DNA of 64,000 nucleotides from assembly GCF_009914755.1 (NCBI RefSeq), contig NC_060933.1, one strand, 5' to 3'. The translations under genes were made by a program, and so were the position numbers. Positions 1-14,053 of this stretch are shown piece after piece (position 1 is the first letter of the stretch; every line of letters begins with the position of its first letter). The DNA is from the human T2T-CHM13v2.0 reference genome, Homo sapiens. The notes under the pieces are model-generated. The model was not told the origin of the DNA. It saw only the letters and a list, made by a program, of their open reading frames with translations, and made no database searches.

Positions 1-1015
1 AGAGATTTATGTGCTTGGTTGAGGGACATAAAGACCAATGTACCTGGTGTGCAGTAAGTAAGGGGTTGCGGCAGGACCTGAGGGCATAGAGGAGCTGGTA
101 CCATATTGTAGGACTCTGTAAACCAATGTAAGGAGTTTGGATTTTTTCCAAGTACAATGGGAAGTCATTGGAGGGTTTTAAGTGAGGGGACATCATAATT
201 TTATCTGTATTTCATAAAGCTCATGCTGATGGCTGAATGAAGAACTGACTGTGGAATGGAAACCAGGAGTCTGGTCAGAATGATTACAGTACAGGTGTGA
301 GGTGATGGCAGTTTTACATTAGGGTCATGGTAGTAGCCGTGTATAGAATCGATATGTATTCTAGAAGTAGAGTTAACAATATTTTCTAATGGGCTAACTG
401 GGAGGGGGTAGCAACAAAAAGAGGAATCAAGAACAACTCATAGAATGGGCGCTTTAGCATTGGATGATCCTCCTATTGACTGGGATAATAATTGGAAGAG
501 GGGCAGGCTGAAAAATCAAAAGGTTCAGTTTTGGATATGCCAAGTTTAAAATACCGATTAGCCATCCAAATGGAAATGCCAAGTCTGGAGTTCTGAATAA
601 AGGTCAGAACTGGAAATGCAGATTTGAGAGTTACCAAGTCGAGATGGTCTTTGACACCAAGGGGGTGCGTGAGATTATCTGTGGAAGGAGCACAGGCAGA
701 AAGAAAGCGCTCCACTGCAGTGAGCTGAGATTGCGCGACTGCACTCTGGCCTGGGCGACAGAGTGAGATTCCATCTCAAAAAAAAAAAAAAAAAAAAAGA
801 AAGAAAGAAAGAAAGCACTCCAGGGGGATTGAGGATGCTGACCAGCATTTGGGTAGGGTAGCAATTCCCTTCTGATTAAGATTCCTCTCTCCTGGGGGGA
901 AAACAGGCAAATTGCAAGAACCTGGCCATCAGAGTCCCAATGACATTCATGTCACAGAGGCATACTGTGATTGTTGCACTGAGCAAAATGGGTACAACTA
1001 GGGAGTGAGAAAATG
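1..1015 (-). mobile_element. LINE-2 (L2) relic, interrupted by an Alu fragment
   Basis: Typical antisense L2 motifs, e.g. GGGAAGTCATTGGAGGGTTTTAAG and TTCAGTTTTGGATATGCCAAGTTT; purine-rich and degenerate. Confidence 0.8.
715..805 (+). mobile_element. Severely 5'-truncated Alu (last ~65 nt of right arm plus A/GAAA tail)
   Basis: CTGCAGTGAGCTGAGATTGCGCGACTGCACTCTGGCCTGGGCGACAGAGTGAGATTCCATCTC-polyA; 17-bp TSD AGAAAGAAAGC(G/A)CTCCA at 698-714 and 806-822. Confidence 0.93.
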
Positions 1016-1114
1016 ACCAGTTATTAACGGTCACTATGTTCACCCACAAGCACTGGGAGACTAGTAATAGCATCTCTATTTCACAGAGAACGTATTTGGA
1101 ATGTAAATAAATAG

Positions 1115-1285
1115 TCATGGAGGTCTGAGTCCTGATTCCATTCTTTATTGGCTGTATAACCTTGAACAAGATACCTAATCTCAAACTTCACTGATAAAAT
1201 AAAGCTACAGAGAGAATGAACTAAATATTGTATAAAATCCCAATACCTAACACATAAAAAATGCCCAAAATATGTTAGCTGTTGA
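1115..1285 (+). mobile_element. MIR SINE
   Basis: Core-like GCTGTATAACCTTGAACAAGATACCTAA and 3' end AAATATGTTAGCTGTTGAT. Confidence 0.65.
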
Positions 1286-1319
1286 TACAAAATACCTTGG
1301 CCAGTGTTAGTAATCCCAG

Positions 1320-1395
1320 TTGCTAGGTGACAGGCCTAGGAAGCTTACCCAGGTGTATGTAACTCCAAAGCCTATGATCTTTCCACCACTCACTC
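1320..1395 (-). mobile_element. MIR 5' fragment
   Basis: ACCCAGGTGTATGTAACTCCAAAGCCTATGATCTTTCCACCACT resembles the reverse complement of the MIR tRNA-like head. Confidence 0.5.
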
Positions 1396-2080
1396 CATGA
1401 CTCCTGGGCTTGAAAACTACCTGACTTTGACTCTATTCCTTATTTTTCTTATATACTTCTCTAAAGCTCCTTACAAATAATTTTTAAATTTAATTCACTT
1501 TTTTTTTTCAAAATTGGAAGTTAACCTATGTGGTTTCCTGAAGCTGGCTCTGCCTTCTGCTCCATGGCAGGGAAGTATACACATTGATACGTATGCCCAG
1601 AGAAATTTTCCCCCTTCAGTATTTTTCCCTTTCTGCCTCCAGACCATCTTACTCTCCAGGGGAACCTCACCAGCTTACTCAGCATCCAGGGCTCTCCAGC
1701 AAAATATAAATCACTGCTCTTTTCAAAACCTGCCATTAAACACGTGCATCAGCTAAATTCCTGCTGACTCTGCTTTTGTTGTGCATTCTATCTAATAAAC
1801 CCTCAGCCTCTTTGGATGTCAGAAACAAAGAAATGGCATACAGTTTATTTATCCCTGCTGATCAACTGGAAACATGAAGCTGGCCTGGGATGGTCACCTC
1901 TAAAACTCTTTTCCTTGTTTCCTGCAGGGCATGTTCTCCATCTTTCTTTGTATTTGCACAGATGATTCATTGGATCCATGGGGATGCTCCTGGATCAACA
2001 ACCACAAGTCACAAAGGCAACTTTTGCAAAAATCAGAGCATGTAGGTCTTCATGATTCCAGCCGTGTCTTCTCTCTCTGG

Positions 2081-2104
2081 GTGTGTCTGTGTGTGTGTGT
2101 GTGC
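2081..2104. repeat. (TG)n microsatellite
   Basis: GTGTGTCTGTGTGTGTGTGTGTGC. Confidence 0.85.
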
Positions 2105-4103
2105 ATGTAATCTCATCAGCATTTTCTTGCCTTACACTAGGCTGAAAATTAGTCTACAAGTCTCTACAGTATAACACGTGGGTGCTGACTAGTTTTTAAG
2201 ATGTCGGCATTTCCTAAGGTTAGAAGACCTAATTAACTCTCTTTGAACTTCCTCATCAGGGTCTCCTAAAGAGCTTTATTCAAGAATATGTTATAATCAG
2301 CAGTTCAACAAATTTTCTCTAGTTCAGGGGAGATAAAAAGTGGAAGACAGATGGATTACTTACTGCTTTTAACTCTTATCTTTCCTAAAAGTGTGCATGT
2401 TAGGTGATTACTTTTAAAAAAATTCTCACCATTTTGATTTCCAAACCCAAACACACTGGATCTATTTTTTTTTTAACTGCGTTATGTTTTGGCATTTGTC
2501 ATCCCTGCACATCTAGAGTCCTTGTAACAATTAGGGAAGGTATCTGGTGAGACTTTTTGACATTTTTTCTCCCATTAGGCTGTGGCACAATCTAGTAAAG
2601 AAGAGTGAGATGTTGCTTGCCTCGTCATTCGTCACACCAGAACAAGAGCCATTTGTTTTAATTAGCTATGTCAGAGGTTCCTAGCATCTTTCCAGACGTA
2701 TGGGCAAGATGACACATAAACTCAGCATGCCAGGCTCTTAAAAAATAATTGCTCAAAATAAAGCCATGCAAAACCCAGTTGCTGTCTGACCCATACATAC
2801 AGAGTCACACAAATGCTTATTTACTTAACTGTCCCGTCTTGGTGTCTCAACTTTGGTCCCTAATTGCCATTTCTGACAATTCTAGAAAGAAACTTTAATC
2901 TTGTCACTTTTCCCTCTATAATTCCCTGGAGCCTTAGGCTTTATGTGTCTCTTTATACTGTAATGTGGAATGCATTTTTGAAATTGGCTTGGGTTTATTT
3001 TCCCCAGTGGACTGAGAACAGCTGAAGGGCAATTACTGTGTCTTACTCCTTTTATAATCACAGAATCTAGAGTTCTACACATTGAAGGTACTATGTGGTT
3101 GAAATAATAAAAGGTCTTTCTTAACCTTTTCAGGCTAATGTGAATAATCAATGATATCTTCATCTCAGAAAAACCGAACACATATTTATAGAACCAGAAT
3201 TCTGCAGATTATATAAAGGGGTTAAGAACTTTGATCTTCAGACAGGGGCTCATTTTGCTCAGTTTATCTAGAGGATAAAGGCATAGGTGGTGAAAGGCAT
3301 AGGTTTAATATTGTAGCTGGGTATCATGGGGAATCTGATAAAGAAACAATCTCCACTTTTCCCTACTCTACAGTGACACCAAGGTGTCACTATGCCCATC
3401 TCTGTCCACTGCTAGCAAATCCGGACAGTCAAACCAAGTGAACAAGACACTGAAGAACACTTGTTTTGTTGGCTTATGAAGGATTAAGCAAGCTAGGATG
3501 CTAAAAATATGGTTCCACCTCACCTTTACATCCCACAGCCATGGCATTCAGATTATGTGCAAGGCCAACAGTGAATCGTTGGCTAAATCGCAATGTTAAA
3601 GTGCACTGATTTCTCACCTTTAGATCAGCTCCCTGTCTAATTTCTATTGTACTGAATGCTCTCTGGTTTGAGAGTTTATTTGAATTTTTTTCTTTTCACT
3701 TTAACAGTAGCTTCAAGTTTTCTTTTTTGGTTTTCTGTCTGCTTAAATTATTCCCAAAGCTTTAACATTTATTATCTAGGATTTTAAATTAACTAGAAAT
3801 GTGGATTAAAATTTCTTCAGATCTTATTTGGCTCCTATGAACAGGTAGATGTGGGGAACACATTTTGGATCACAGGAAGTTTTGGAAGGTTTGCCATTCT
3901 GTGTCACAAATGAGAGCAAACTTCTAAACAAACATGAATATATCCTTTTAATACGAGTTTATGACTCCTGTTTCTTCTGTTTAAGGGCTTCTTCTTTGAC
4001 CAACGTCAGTATATTCTCTTTAATAAATGGAATATGGTTTGTTGCTCGCATCTTGAGAAGTACCTAGATGGACGATATATTTCAATGACAGAGATAAAAC
4101 TGA

Positions 4104-4483
<380 letters not shown>

Positions 4484-5110
4484 CTATCTTAATACTTTTT
4501 TTTGGTTTCCTTTCACCTTTTCAAAATATGACTTTTCCAGATTCTTTCCTAGGACTACCATCTTCATTTTTGTTTTCATTCTAGCAAATCAGAGTAGAGG
4601 AATACCTAAACTGTGCTCCTTCTCCTAAGATGGGAGACTGGCATGTTTTGCAGGGCGCCTAATTGATGTCTCCACATGATCTTTGTAGGCCACACTCTGT
4701 AGTTAATTTCACCAGTTCCTCAGCGTACAAGGTTCCTGGGTATCAACGTTAATTATAATTGACTGTGGATTTCTACTAGAAATTTCACCTTTTTTTGCAT
4801 GTTTGGGAGGGTGAACTGTTGTATCCTTCCTGATCTTCTTGTGTGCCTACCTTCTCTGAATCCATAGTAATATACGAAGTTTCAACACTCCTCTGATATT
4901 CACTTACATAGCATCCAATAAGATCACTCAAAGCCTCACAATAGAATGTCCCACATCCCACAGCACACAGCCCACACAGTAACAAGAAATACCTTGTCCA
5001 TATGCTTTCAAGACTGTTCCGATTGTTCTCGGGTTATGGGTGTTGCTGAGGATTTCTGTTTTTAATTTTATTCTTTCTTTATACACACCATATATAATGC
5101 TCTAATTGTT

Positions 5111-5189
5111 TATATATATACATATATATACATATATACACATATATATACATATATACACATATATACATATATATACACATATATAT

Positions 5190-5235
<46 letters not shown>
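5111..5235. repeat. Compound (TA)n/(TACA)n/(CA)n microsatellite
   Basis: Direct reading of the repeat. Confidence 0.95.
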
Positions 5236-5304
5236 TTTTTTTAGTATTTTTCTTACCTGACATAACCTCTTTTACCAAATTTTCTTTGGATCACTGTCAC
5301 TATT

Positions 5305-5610
5305 TTTTAAGTAAAAATGTTACTTTCTAGAACAATTTTAGGTTTGCAGCAAAATGGAGAGGAAGGTACAGAGATTTCCCATGTATGTCCTGCCCCCACA
5401 CATGCCTTTCTATTATGAACACCCCCTGAGGGAGGTGAATTTTGTTACAACTGATGAACCTATATTGATACATCATCATAACCCAAAGTCCATAGGGTTC
5501 ATTGGTGGTGGTGTACACTCTGTGGGTTTAGACAAATCTAGAATGGTATGTGTCAACCATTAAAGTATCATACAGGGTAGTTTTACTGCCTTAAAAATTG
5601 TCTGTGCCCA
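5305..5610 (-). mobile_element. L1MC1/2-like 3' UTR fragment
   Basis: TTTAGGTTTGCAGCAAAATGGAGAGGAAGGTACAGAGATTTCCCAT ... ACCCAAAGTCCATAG match the antisense L1MC 3' end. Confidence 0.8.
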
Positions 5611-8600
5611 ACCTACTTGTCCTCCTCCATCACTACTTCTTAGTTGTTTTCCAGTCCGTTCTTCCTTTCCCTCTCCTTCCTGCTGTTTACATTATTCCCA
5701 TGAGAGGGATGTATTATTTACTCCTGGAACTCGGATTACAGCACCATGAAAATGGACGATTTCACTATTGTGATCTGGAAGTCCTAGAACTGCATTTACG
5801 TTTATTTTGTAATAATGGTCTTTATGTCCTCTTTAAACTTTTACTTTCTCCTCTCTTATCCCCTGCTCACTCATCATTTTTATACTTTCCATTATTTGTG
5901 CTGCATCCCTCCTCTATACAAGGCACTGTGATGGAGGGTAGACAGACTTACCAAGCATGGTTCTAGCAAACCCCCTATTTCTGCTTAGCTGATAATCACT
6001 ACCTTCTTTAAGCTCCTTGGTTCCTTTCAATTTTACCTCAAGATGAGTTTCTCATTTTTCTTCAGTTCCAGTTGCCTTTCATAGAAGAGAGCACACTGGG
6101 ATGAAAGCACACAGCAAAGATGAGTCAGATTATCTGGCCTACCCCCTACAGGGCCTCACTAGAAAAGAAAGAACTGTGAAGGCTAGTAATATACTGTCTA
6201 TCCATCCGAAGTAGATCATAGGTGTGCTTTTAACTGAACTGATTTCTCCAGTCTGGTGAATGGGGTGGTTTCTGGACATCCACAATTTCTTGTTCAACCT
6301 CCTTCAGGTAGTAACTCAGGCCAGAATTTAGCATCATTCTTAGAATTTACTAGGACAGGGCACAGCTGTACCTGGGCCTGAACGTGATCTGAAATAATAA
6401 GCAGAATTGGTGGTATCACCTTGGTTGGATTCAGAGGAAGAAAAGAAACCTTCATGTTTTATGGAATACAGAAGGGTAAAGAGTTCAGTAGATACCATCA
6501 TAGGAAATGAAAGACTGGAAACTCCAGTGTATTATTTCTCTGTAACGATGCTTCCGGAGAGCACTTGGCTACCATGCATAGTGTCATGGAGCTGGCATAC
6601 TTTAATTGCCATTATTTTTGGCAAGATGGCATTTTAAGTTTTTGTTCCCTAACTGCAGGATGGATAAATACAGTATTTGACTCATATGTTGATCCAAGGT
6701 TATTTTTATTCTCCAGCACCTTTCAATGTCACGCCAGAAAAAGGTGCAGCTCTTTCTGGGCAGTCCTCCTACAGGCCATCTAAAATATCTACACAGGGAG
6801 CATTCCTACGGCTTTCAGGAGCATCTGAAACAATCCACAGTGTGTTTAGCAGAAGTCAGTTGGGGGAAAGTGTGCTCTTTTTCTCTGTCTTCAGCATTCA
6901 GGCTGTTTTTAAAGTCAGAATGCTTTGCAAAGGGAAGAACTGTGCCAAGTCTTTATTTTCATATAATGCCATAACCTAGTGTTTTGGGGACCTCACTTAT
7001 CCCAAGAAAGCTGTTGGGGATGGCCCCTGCAGAGACAGCTGACCCAAATTGTGACTTCTCTGAGGGAAGGGAAACCCCTCTAGGACAAACAGGAAGCGAT
7101 CTTTCAGCATAATGTATCCCATTGGGAACAAGTAAACAGTTTGCTTTTCAGTTCAAAGCAGTGAATTCAAGACACATTCATCGGTTTTGGCTCAATGTGA
7201 CTCTAAAATCAAGTCAAATGGAAGGACTTTACAATTCAGAACCTTAAGATTCTATTTGGCTGAACACTGAGGTTGAAGTGTTGAATTCCAACTCATTTTT
7301 GTTATTATTTTTTCTTCAGTCATTTCCAAAATACTGCTAAGTTTTGGAAATAAAATAAAGTGCTAAAGTGGTTTTCAGATCCATGGCCAGGCCTCTGTGG
7401 TATAAAAATAATTCCCCAAGGTATGGCGTTCAATGAAAAGTAAGTGTTAACGTATATATAAACAACAAAAATCAATCTTTCTTAAGTTGGGGTCTGGAGA
7501 AATTTAGATTTCCCTTTTCAATTTATTTGACTTTTCTCTGGAAGTTAATAGTTAAATTTATCTAGTTTTATTACCTTTAGAACTAATGAAACACAGTTCA
7601 CTGGTTAAATAACATAATCATCTGCCAACATAAAGGAGAAGGATCTTACCCCTTACTTCATTAACCAAGACCCTTCACATAGTTAACAAGAAGCTGGCAA
7701 TACAATGTACATATGCTACTTAGTCTATAGAGCTGACACTGAAAAGTGAAGTGGAGTCATTTTCTAATTTTTTCATTAGTATCCATAAAATAAAAATCTT
7801 CACAGAATCAAGATAAATCACAATTACACCATTTTCCAGTCTATTAGTCCTGCCATTCCCATAGAAGGAACTGATATTAGTCTGATAAGTTTTGTTCCCA
7901 TAAATTATAATGCCAGCTACATAACAACCAAAACACCTTTTCTATTAGAAAAGTCTCAGAAGATTACATGCAGGATACAAAATGATAGTTTGGCCTACTA
8001 AATTCCTCAGTACTAACGAATTGTCTTCATTCTCATACAGGAGAGATTGGTGTAGCACTTGTTCAAGTGGTAGTTCATGGGTGGGTGATTAAGCTAATTC
8101 TGATTTTTAATGCTCTTTGAACCCAAAGCCAGTTCCAAGTAGCTCCAGTCCTGAGGACCAGAGTCTAGGCTGGGGCAGGTGGTGTGTGGCCCAGGAACCC
8201 TTGGGTCTGCCCAACCGTAAGCCCACATGGGGCTCATGTCTATAACCAATTCAGTAGTCATATGCCTTCTGATCCAGTTTATAAACTCTGGGATAACTAA
8301 CAAATATAAAGATACAGAAAGAGACATACACATGTACCATTTTCCCTCAGGTTTTTGCATGTTTGTTCTTTCTATGAAGGTCATTTTAAACATCTTAATG
8401 TAACAGTGAACCTGATAGTTCTGGTATCTCATGGTTCGAGCACCAGAAGTTACTTTTCCTACCGATCCAAATGCATTCTGCACAAGCTTGCTGAATTACC
8501 TATGCAGGCCTTGGTACCACACAATGTCTATTAGGGAAAAAAGCCAGGAACAACAGAGACATTGTGAAAAAGAAAACCACTCCTTAGTTTTCCTCCTGTA

Positions 8601-8940
8601 AAAACATTGAGTCCCTAGCCTTGAAAAATGAGCCTTTCTGATGTGGAATCCAAAGAGAAAATCACTGTAACTGAAGAAACATGGTACTGTTGATACACCT
8701 GTGTCCAAACAGCTGTTTGAATTTCTAAACCTAAAGGGAGCATGAGACACATATGTCATCTATTGTGTGGTGGTAGCAACTTGGAACTTCTGTCACTTTT
8801 GTTTTTGCCTTTGTTGCTTAGTTGGCAGATGCAAATGTGAAAGATATAGAGGCTACACAAAATAGTTTTATATAACCCAAGGAACAAAGGAAATGCATTT
8901 GGGATGGCAGGTGTGCCAGAGACCAGGTATTTGGTCTTGT

Positions 8941-8954
8941 GTGCCCCCTTGTGG
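8941..8954 (-). promoter_or_regulatory. Candidate CTCF binding motif
   Basis: Reverse complement CCACAAGGGGGCAC versus core consensus CCAC(C/T)AG(G/A)(G/T)GGC(A/G)C; lies in non-repeat DNA. Confidence 0.5.
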
Positions 8955-9014
8955 TTGACATGTCAACACAGACAGAGGAACTACACTTAGCAATCAGGTA
9001 AATGAAAGATTTGC

Positions 9015-9250
9015 TGCCTACCTTTCTAGCCTTGTTTCTTGCTATTCTGCTATTGCTTCCCTTTCTGTACTCCAGCCATAATGGTTTTCTTTTAGTTCTC
9101 AAATTTGCCATATTCTCTTTTTGTTTCTGCTCCTATGTCCTTAGAATACTCTCTCAATCCATCCGTTCGCCTAGTTAACTCTTACTCATCCTTCAGAGTT
9201 CACCTTTGAAATCACTTCATCATGGAAGCATAACCTGACTTCATGTACTA
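9015..9250 (+). mobile_element. L2 fragment
   Basis: Pyrimidine-rich; CCTAGTTAACTCTTACTCATCCTTCAGAG and TCACTTCATCATGGAAGC are typical of L2 3' regions. Confidence 0.7.
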
Positions 9251-9719
9251 GGTCACTGTTGTTTACGCTGCAAGCAATGATCAGTTGCTAGAAACACTTC
9301 TTTAAATCGAAATTGGAGCCAGCAGTTTTAGCTTTTGAATCTTGAAAATAAGTATCTGTCTCAGGAAACTGTCTAATACAAGTGGCCACCTTTCTTTTTA
9401 CTGAGAGTTCTCAGAAGAAATGAAAGACCGAGTTTAATATGCACAACACAATTATTTTACATTGATGATGTTCCTAAAACTTCATCCAGTATATTGATCA
9501 TTTTTATCCTTTGACTCTTTTCTCCTTCCACTATATACGTCTACTTTCTAGTAACACCCCTAGACTCCTTTTCCCCTATCATACCTATAGTATCACAGGC
9601 ATTCAATTAACATTTGATTAGGATAATTTATTATTTTTAACATTATTGAAATCGAAATCCAAATTCTAATGAATTATAAATAAGTAAAAGGCATAGCTCT
9701 AACTTAAATAATCTTTATT

Positions 9720-10140
9720 TTTCTGAATGATTTGAATGCAAGTTGTAGATAAGATGATACTTCATTCCTAAATATTAAAATATGTACCTCTTAAGAATAA
9801 GAATATTCTCCCATAAAACCACAATGCTAACATCGCAACCAAGAAATATAATATTGATAAGTATGATCCAATATTCAATCCATATTCATATTTTCCAAAA
9901 AGGTTTGTAATAATTGTCATTGTTATTGATGTTGGGTCCAGGACTCTATCAAGAATTACTGTATTTGTTTAGAAAGCCTCTTTAAGCTCTTTAAATATAA
10001 AACTAATCTACTGGCTTTTATATTTCTCTTTTTCTGGTCATTTGTTACATTGACATTTTAAAAGGGTCTTCGTTTCAGGTAGTTTTGTACAATCTTACTT
10101 GTCTGATTGTTGCTCCAAGACTAGATTCAGTTTAAACATT
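9720..10140 (-). mobile_element. L1MC4/5-like 3' UTR fragment
   Basis: CCTAAATATT...AAGAATAAGAATATTCTCCCATAAAACCACAATGC matches the antisense L1MC4/5 end. Confidence 0.65.
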
Positions 10141-10189
10141 TTGAATCCTTTTCCCTTGCCTTAAAAAAAAAAAAAAAAAAAACACTTAA

Positions 10190-10691
10190 CAGTATATCCT
10201 GTAAATCACTGCATAGCAGTTCAAGGATCTTTTCCCCATTTTCTGTGTGCCTCTGTGTATATGGCACTTTATTGTGCAAAGTTCATTCAGTCATTCTTCT
10301 ATGGATGGGCATTTGGGTTGTTTCCAGTATTTTGTTATTACAAATAATGATGCAATAAATAATTTTGTGCATATGGTTTTTTTTTTTTGTACTTGTTAAG
10401 GTATATTTTTGGGGTAAATTACTAAAATTGGGGCTGCTGGGACAAAGAGTAAATGAATATGTATATTTATTAGATATTGGTAAATCCCCCTCCACAAGGT
10501 GGAACCACTGTGCTTTCCCATCAGCAATGTAGGAGAGTGGCTGTTTCTCCACAACCTTGCTAATAGGATGTGTTGTTGATCTTTTGAATTTTTACCAATC
10601 TGATACATGGGAAATGTATCTCAGTGTAGGTTGATTTATGCGATGCTTATGAATAAAGTTCGGTATCGTTTTATTTTAAATACCATTTGCA
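10190..10691 (-). mobile_element. Ancient L1ME-like element, 3' segment (continues at 18431)
   Basis: GATGGGCATTTGGGTTGTTTCCAGTATTTTGTTATTACAAATAATGATGCAAT is antisense L1 ORF2 C-terminus; ORFs 10283-10608(-) give L1-like peptides. Confidence 0.8.
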
Positions 10692-12096
10692 GTCGGCAAG
10701 GCGGTGGAATGAAGAGCCCCCCGAAATCACTCCCCCCATAAAAATACAGCTAGAAAGTATTCCGGAATAAGAATACCACACTGAATTCAATAGAACTCAA
10801 GGGAGAAGTAGAGAACGCCCTGGGCTCACGAAACTGACAGAAGCTGAAGCCAGTTAGAGGAGTGGTCATTTTAGACTGTGCCACACCCTCCTCCAAGATA
10901 GAATAACATCACTCACACAGAATTTCCTTAGACCCATGGTTTCTGAAGTGGAAGGAGAAAATATGAGGTTGACATTTGATCTTTCCACTAGTCTACTCTG
11001 GTCATGTCCCACAAGAACCACTGGGAGTACCAGGAAGGCTGAACCATCTGGGTTGAATTGGGGACAAAATGCAGGGGTGCTGATTGCAGTAACTGATGTG
11101 CAGGGTAGCTGCCCTATGCTCTGATCAGTGGAGAGGTCACATGGATAAGACTGGCCAGAGCCACAGTGCTGCAAGGGGGCACAATCCACTGAAAGGCTCA
11201 AATCCCTGGCTGAATTTCCCACAAAGCTCAGGTGCTCCTTTGGAGCCTTCCCTTGACCTGGAAACAACCCAAAGGCTGGTGATTAAGTAGTGGCACTAAC
11301 TTAAGTCTTTCTCAGACTGGGAAACAAGGGCAGCACAACAATTCAGTTCCTGTGCAGTGTTTACATTCCAATGCTCACTGTAAGTCTTCCGCAATCCGGG
11401 AAGCAACCGCAGAATGGCGGTTAAGCTCCAGTGTTAAGTAGTAAAAGCCTAACACCACCAAAAACACCAGCAAAAGCTGGAACAGGCAAATGGGGGAGGT
11501 CTCCTCCTATATGCAGGCATCAATGTAAAGATGTAAGGATTATGAAAACCCAGAGAACTATGACATCACCAAAAGAAACAAACAAAGTTTTAGTAATAGA
11601 GCTAGAAAAATTTAAAGATCTATGAAATATATGACAAAATTCAGAATAGTCCTCTTAAAGAAGTTTAGGGAATCACAAGAAAATGTGGATAGATAACTAA
11701 ATGAAATTTTGAAATATCCAGAAACTAGTGAGCTATTTTACAAAGAAATAGAAACAATAATAATAAAAAGAAATTCTAGAAATAAAGGATACAATAAATG
11801 AACTCATTAGAAAGCTTTAACAACAGACTTGATCAAACAGAGGAAAGAATGAACAATCTTGAAGATAAAACATATGAAATTACCTATTCAAAGGAACAAA
11901 AATAAAAATGAATAAAAAAGAAGAGTAAAGAAGGCTTATGACAATTATAGAACATCATCCATCAGACCAACTTCTACATACTAGGAGTTCCCAAGGGAGA
12001 TGAGAGAGAACAAGGCTTAGGAAGCCAATTTGAGAAAATAATGGCTGAAAATTCACCATATCTACAGAAAGGCAACAGCATTAAGATAAAGGAAGT

Positions 12097-12387
<291 letters not shown>

Positions 12388-13557
12388 CCTCATAGGCTCA
12401 TAGGTTAGCAACCAAATTCAACCCAAATAGGAATTTTCCGAAGCACATCACCATCAAATTAGCAAAAATCGAAGCAAAGAAAGAATATTTAAAAACCAGC
12501 AAGAGAAATGAAACATATTCAATAGAGTCTCAATATAGCATTCAGCAAACTTTTCAGCAGAAACCCTGTAGGCTGAGAATGAAATGCTATATTCAAAGTA
12601 CTGAGAGGAAAAAAAAACTGTCAACCAAAAATACTGTACCCAGTAAAGCTATCCTTCAAACAAGGAGAAATAAAAAGTTTCCCAGACAAACAAAAGCTGG
12701 GGGTTTAATCAACACCAGACCTGTCTTACAAAAAATGTTAAATGGAATTATTTAATCTAAAAGAAGAGGATACAAATGGGTAACACAAAAACATCTGAAG
12801 GAATACAACTCACTGGTAAAAGTAAGAATACAGACAAATTCAAAATACTGTAATACTATAATTATAATATGTAAGCCACTTAAATTTTAAGTATGAAGAC
12901 TAACAGATAAAATTATTAAGACAATAATAAGTACACCAATTGGTTAGAAGATAGGCAATATAAAATGATGTAACTTGAAACATCAAAAAGTCAAAATGTG
13001 AGGAGGGGACGTGGTATTAAAATATAAAATTTGTCTTTGTTACACTTCTTTTGTGACCAAAGTTAAGATGGTTGCAACTTATTTAAAATAACCTGTTATA
13101 ATCATAAGATGTTTATAGTTAGCCCCGCGTGTTGCCACAAAGCAAAAATCTGCAATTGATACACTAAAATAAGTAGCATGAGATCAAAAATTCTACTAGA
13201 GAAAATCACTTAACTACATCAGAAAATGGTAAAATAGGAAAAAAAGAAGAATGAATCTACAAAACACCATAAAGCAAGCAACAAAATGGCAGTAGAAAAC
13301 CCTTACTTATCAATAATAACCTTGAATGTAAATGAATTAAATTCTCTAATTAAAAGACATAGTGTGGCTGAATGGATTAAAAAAAAAACAAGACCCAACT
13401 ATATGTTATCTAAGAAAAACTCACTTCACCTATAATGATACACACATATTGAAAGTGAAGGGATGAAAAAACACACTACATGCAAATGGAAACAAACAAA
13501 CAAGCAAAATCCCCACAGGAGAAGTAGCTACACTTATATCTGATAAAATGGACTTTA

Positions 13558-14053
<496 letters not shown>

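Noticed and set aside
8496-8759. Possible ~96-nt minus-strand coding exon inside this ORF
   Set aside because: Only moderate splice signals, no recognisable protein and no partner exons
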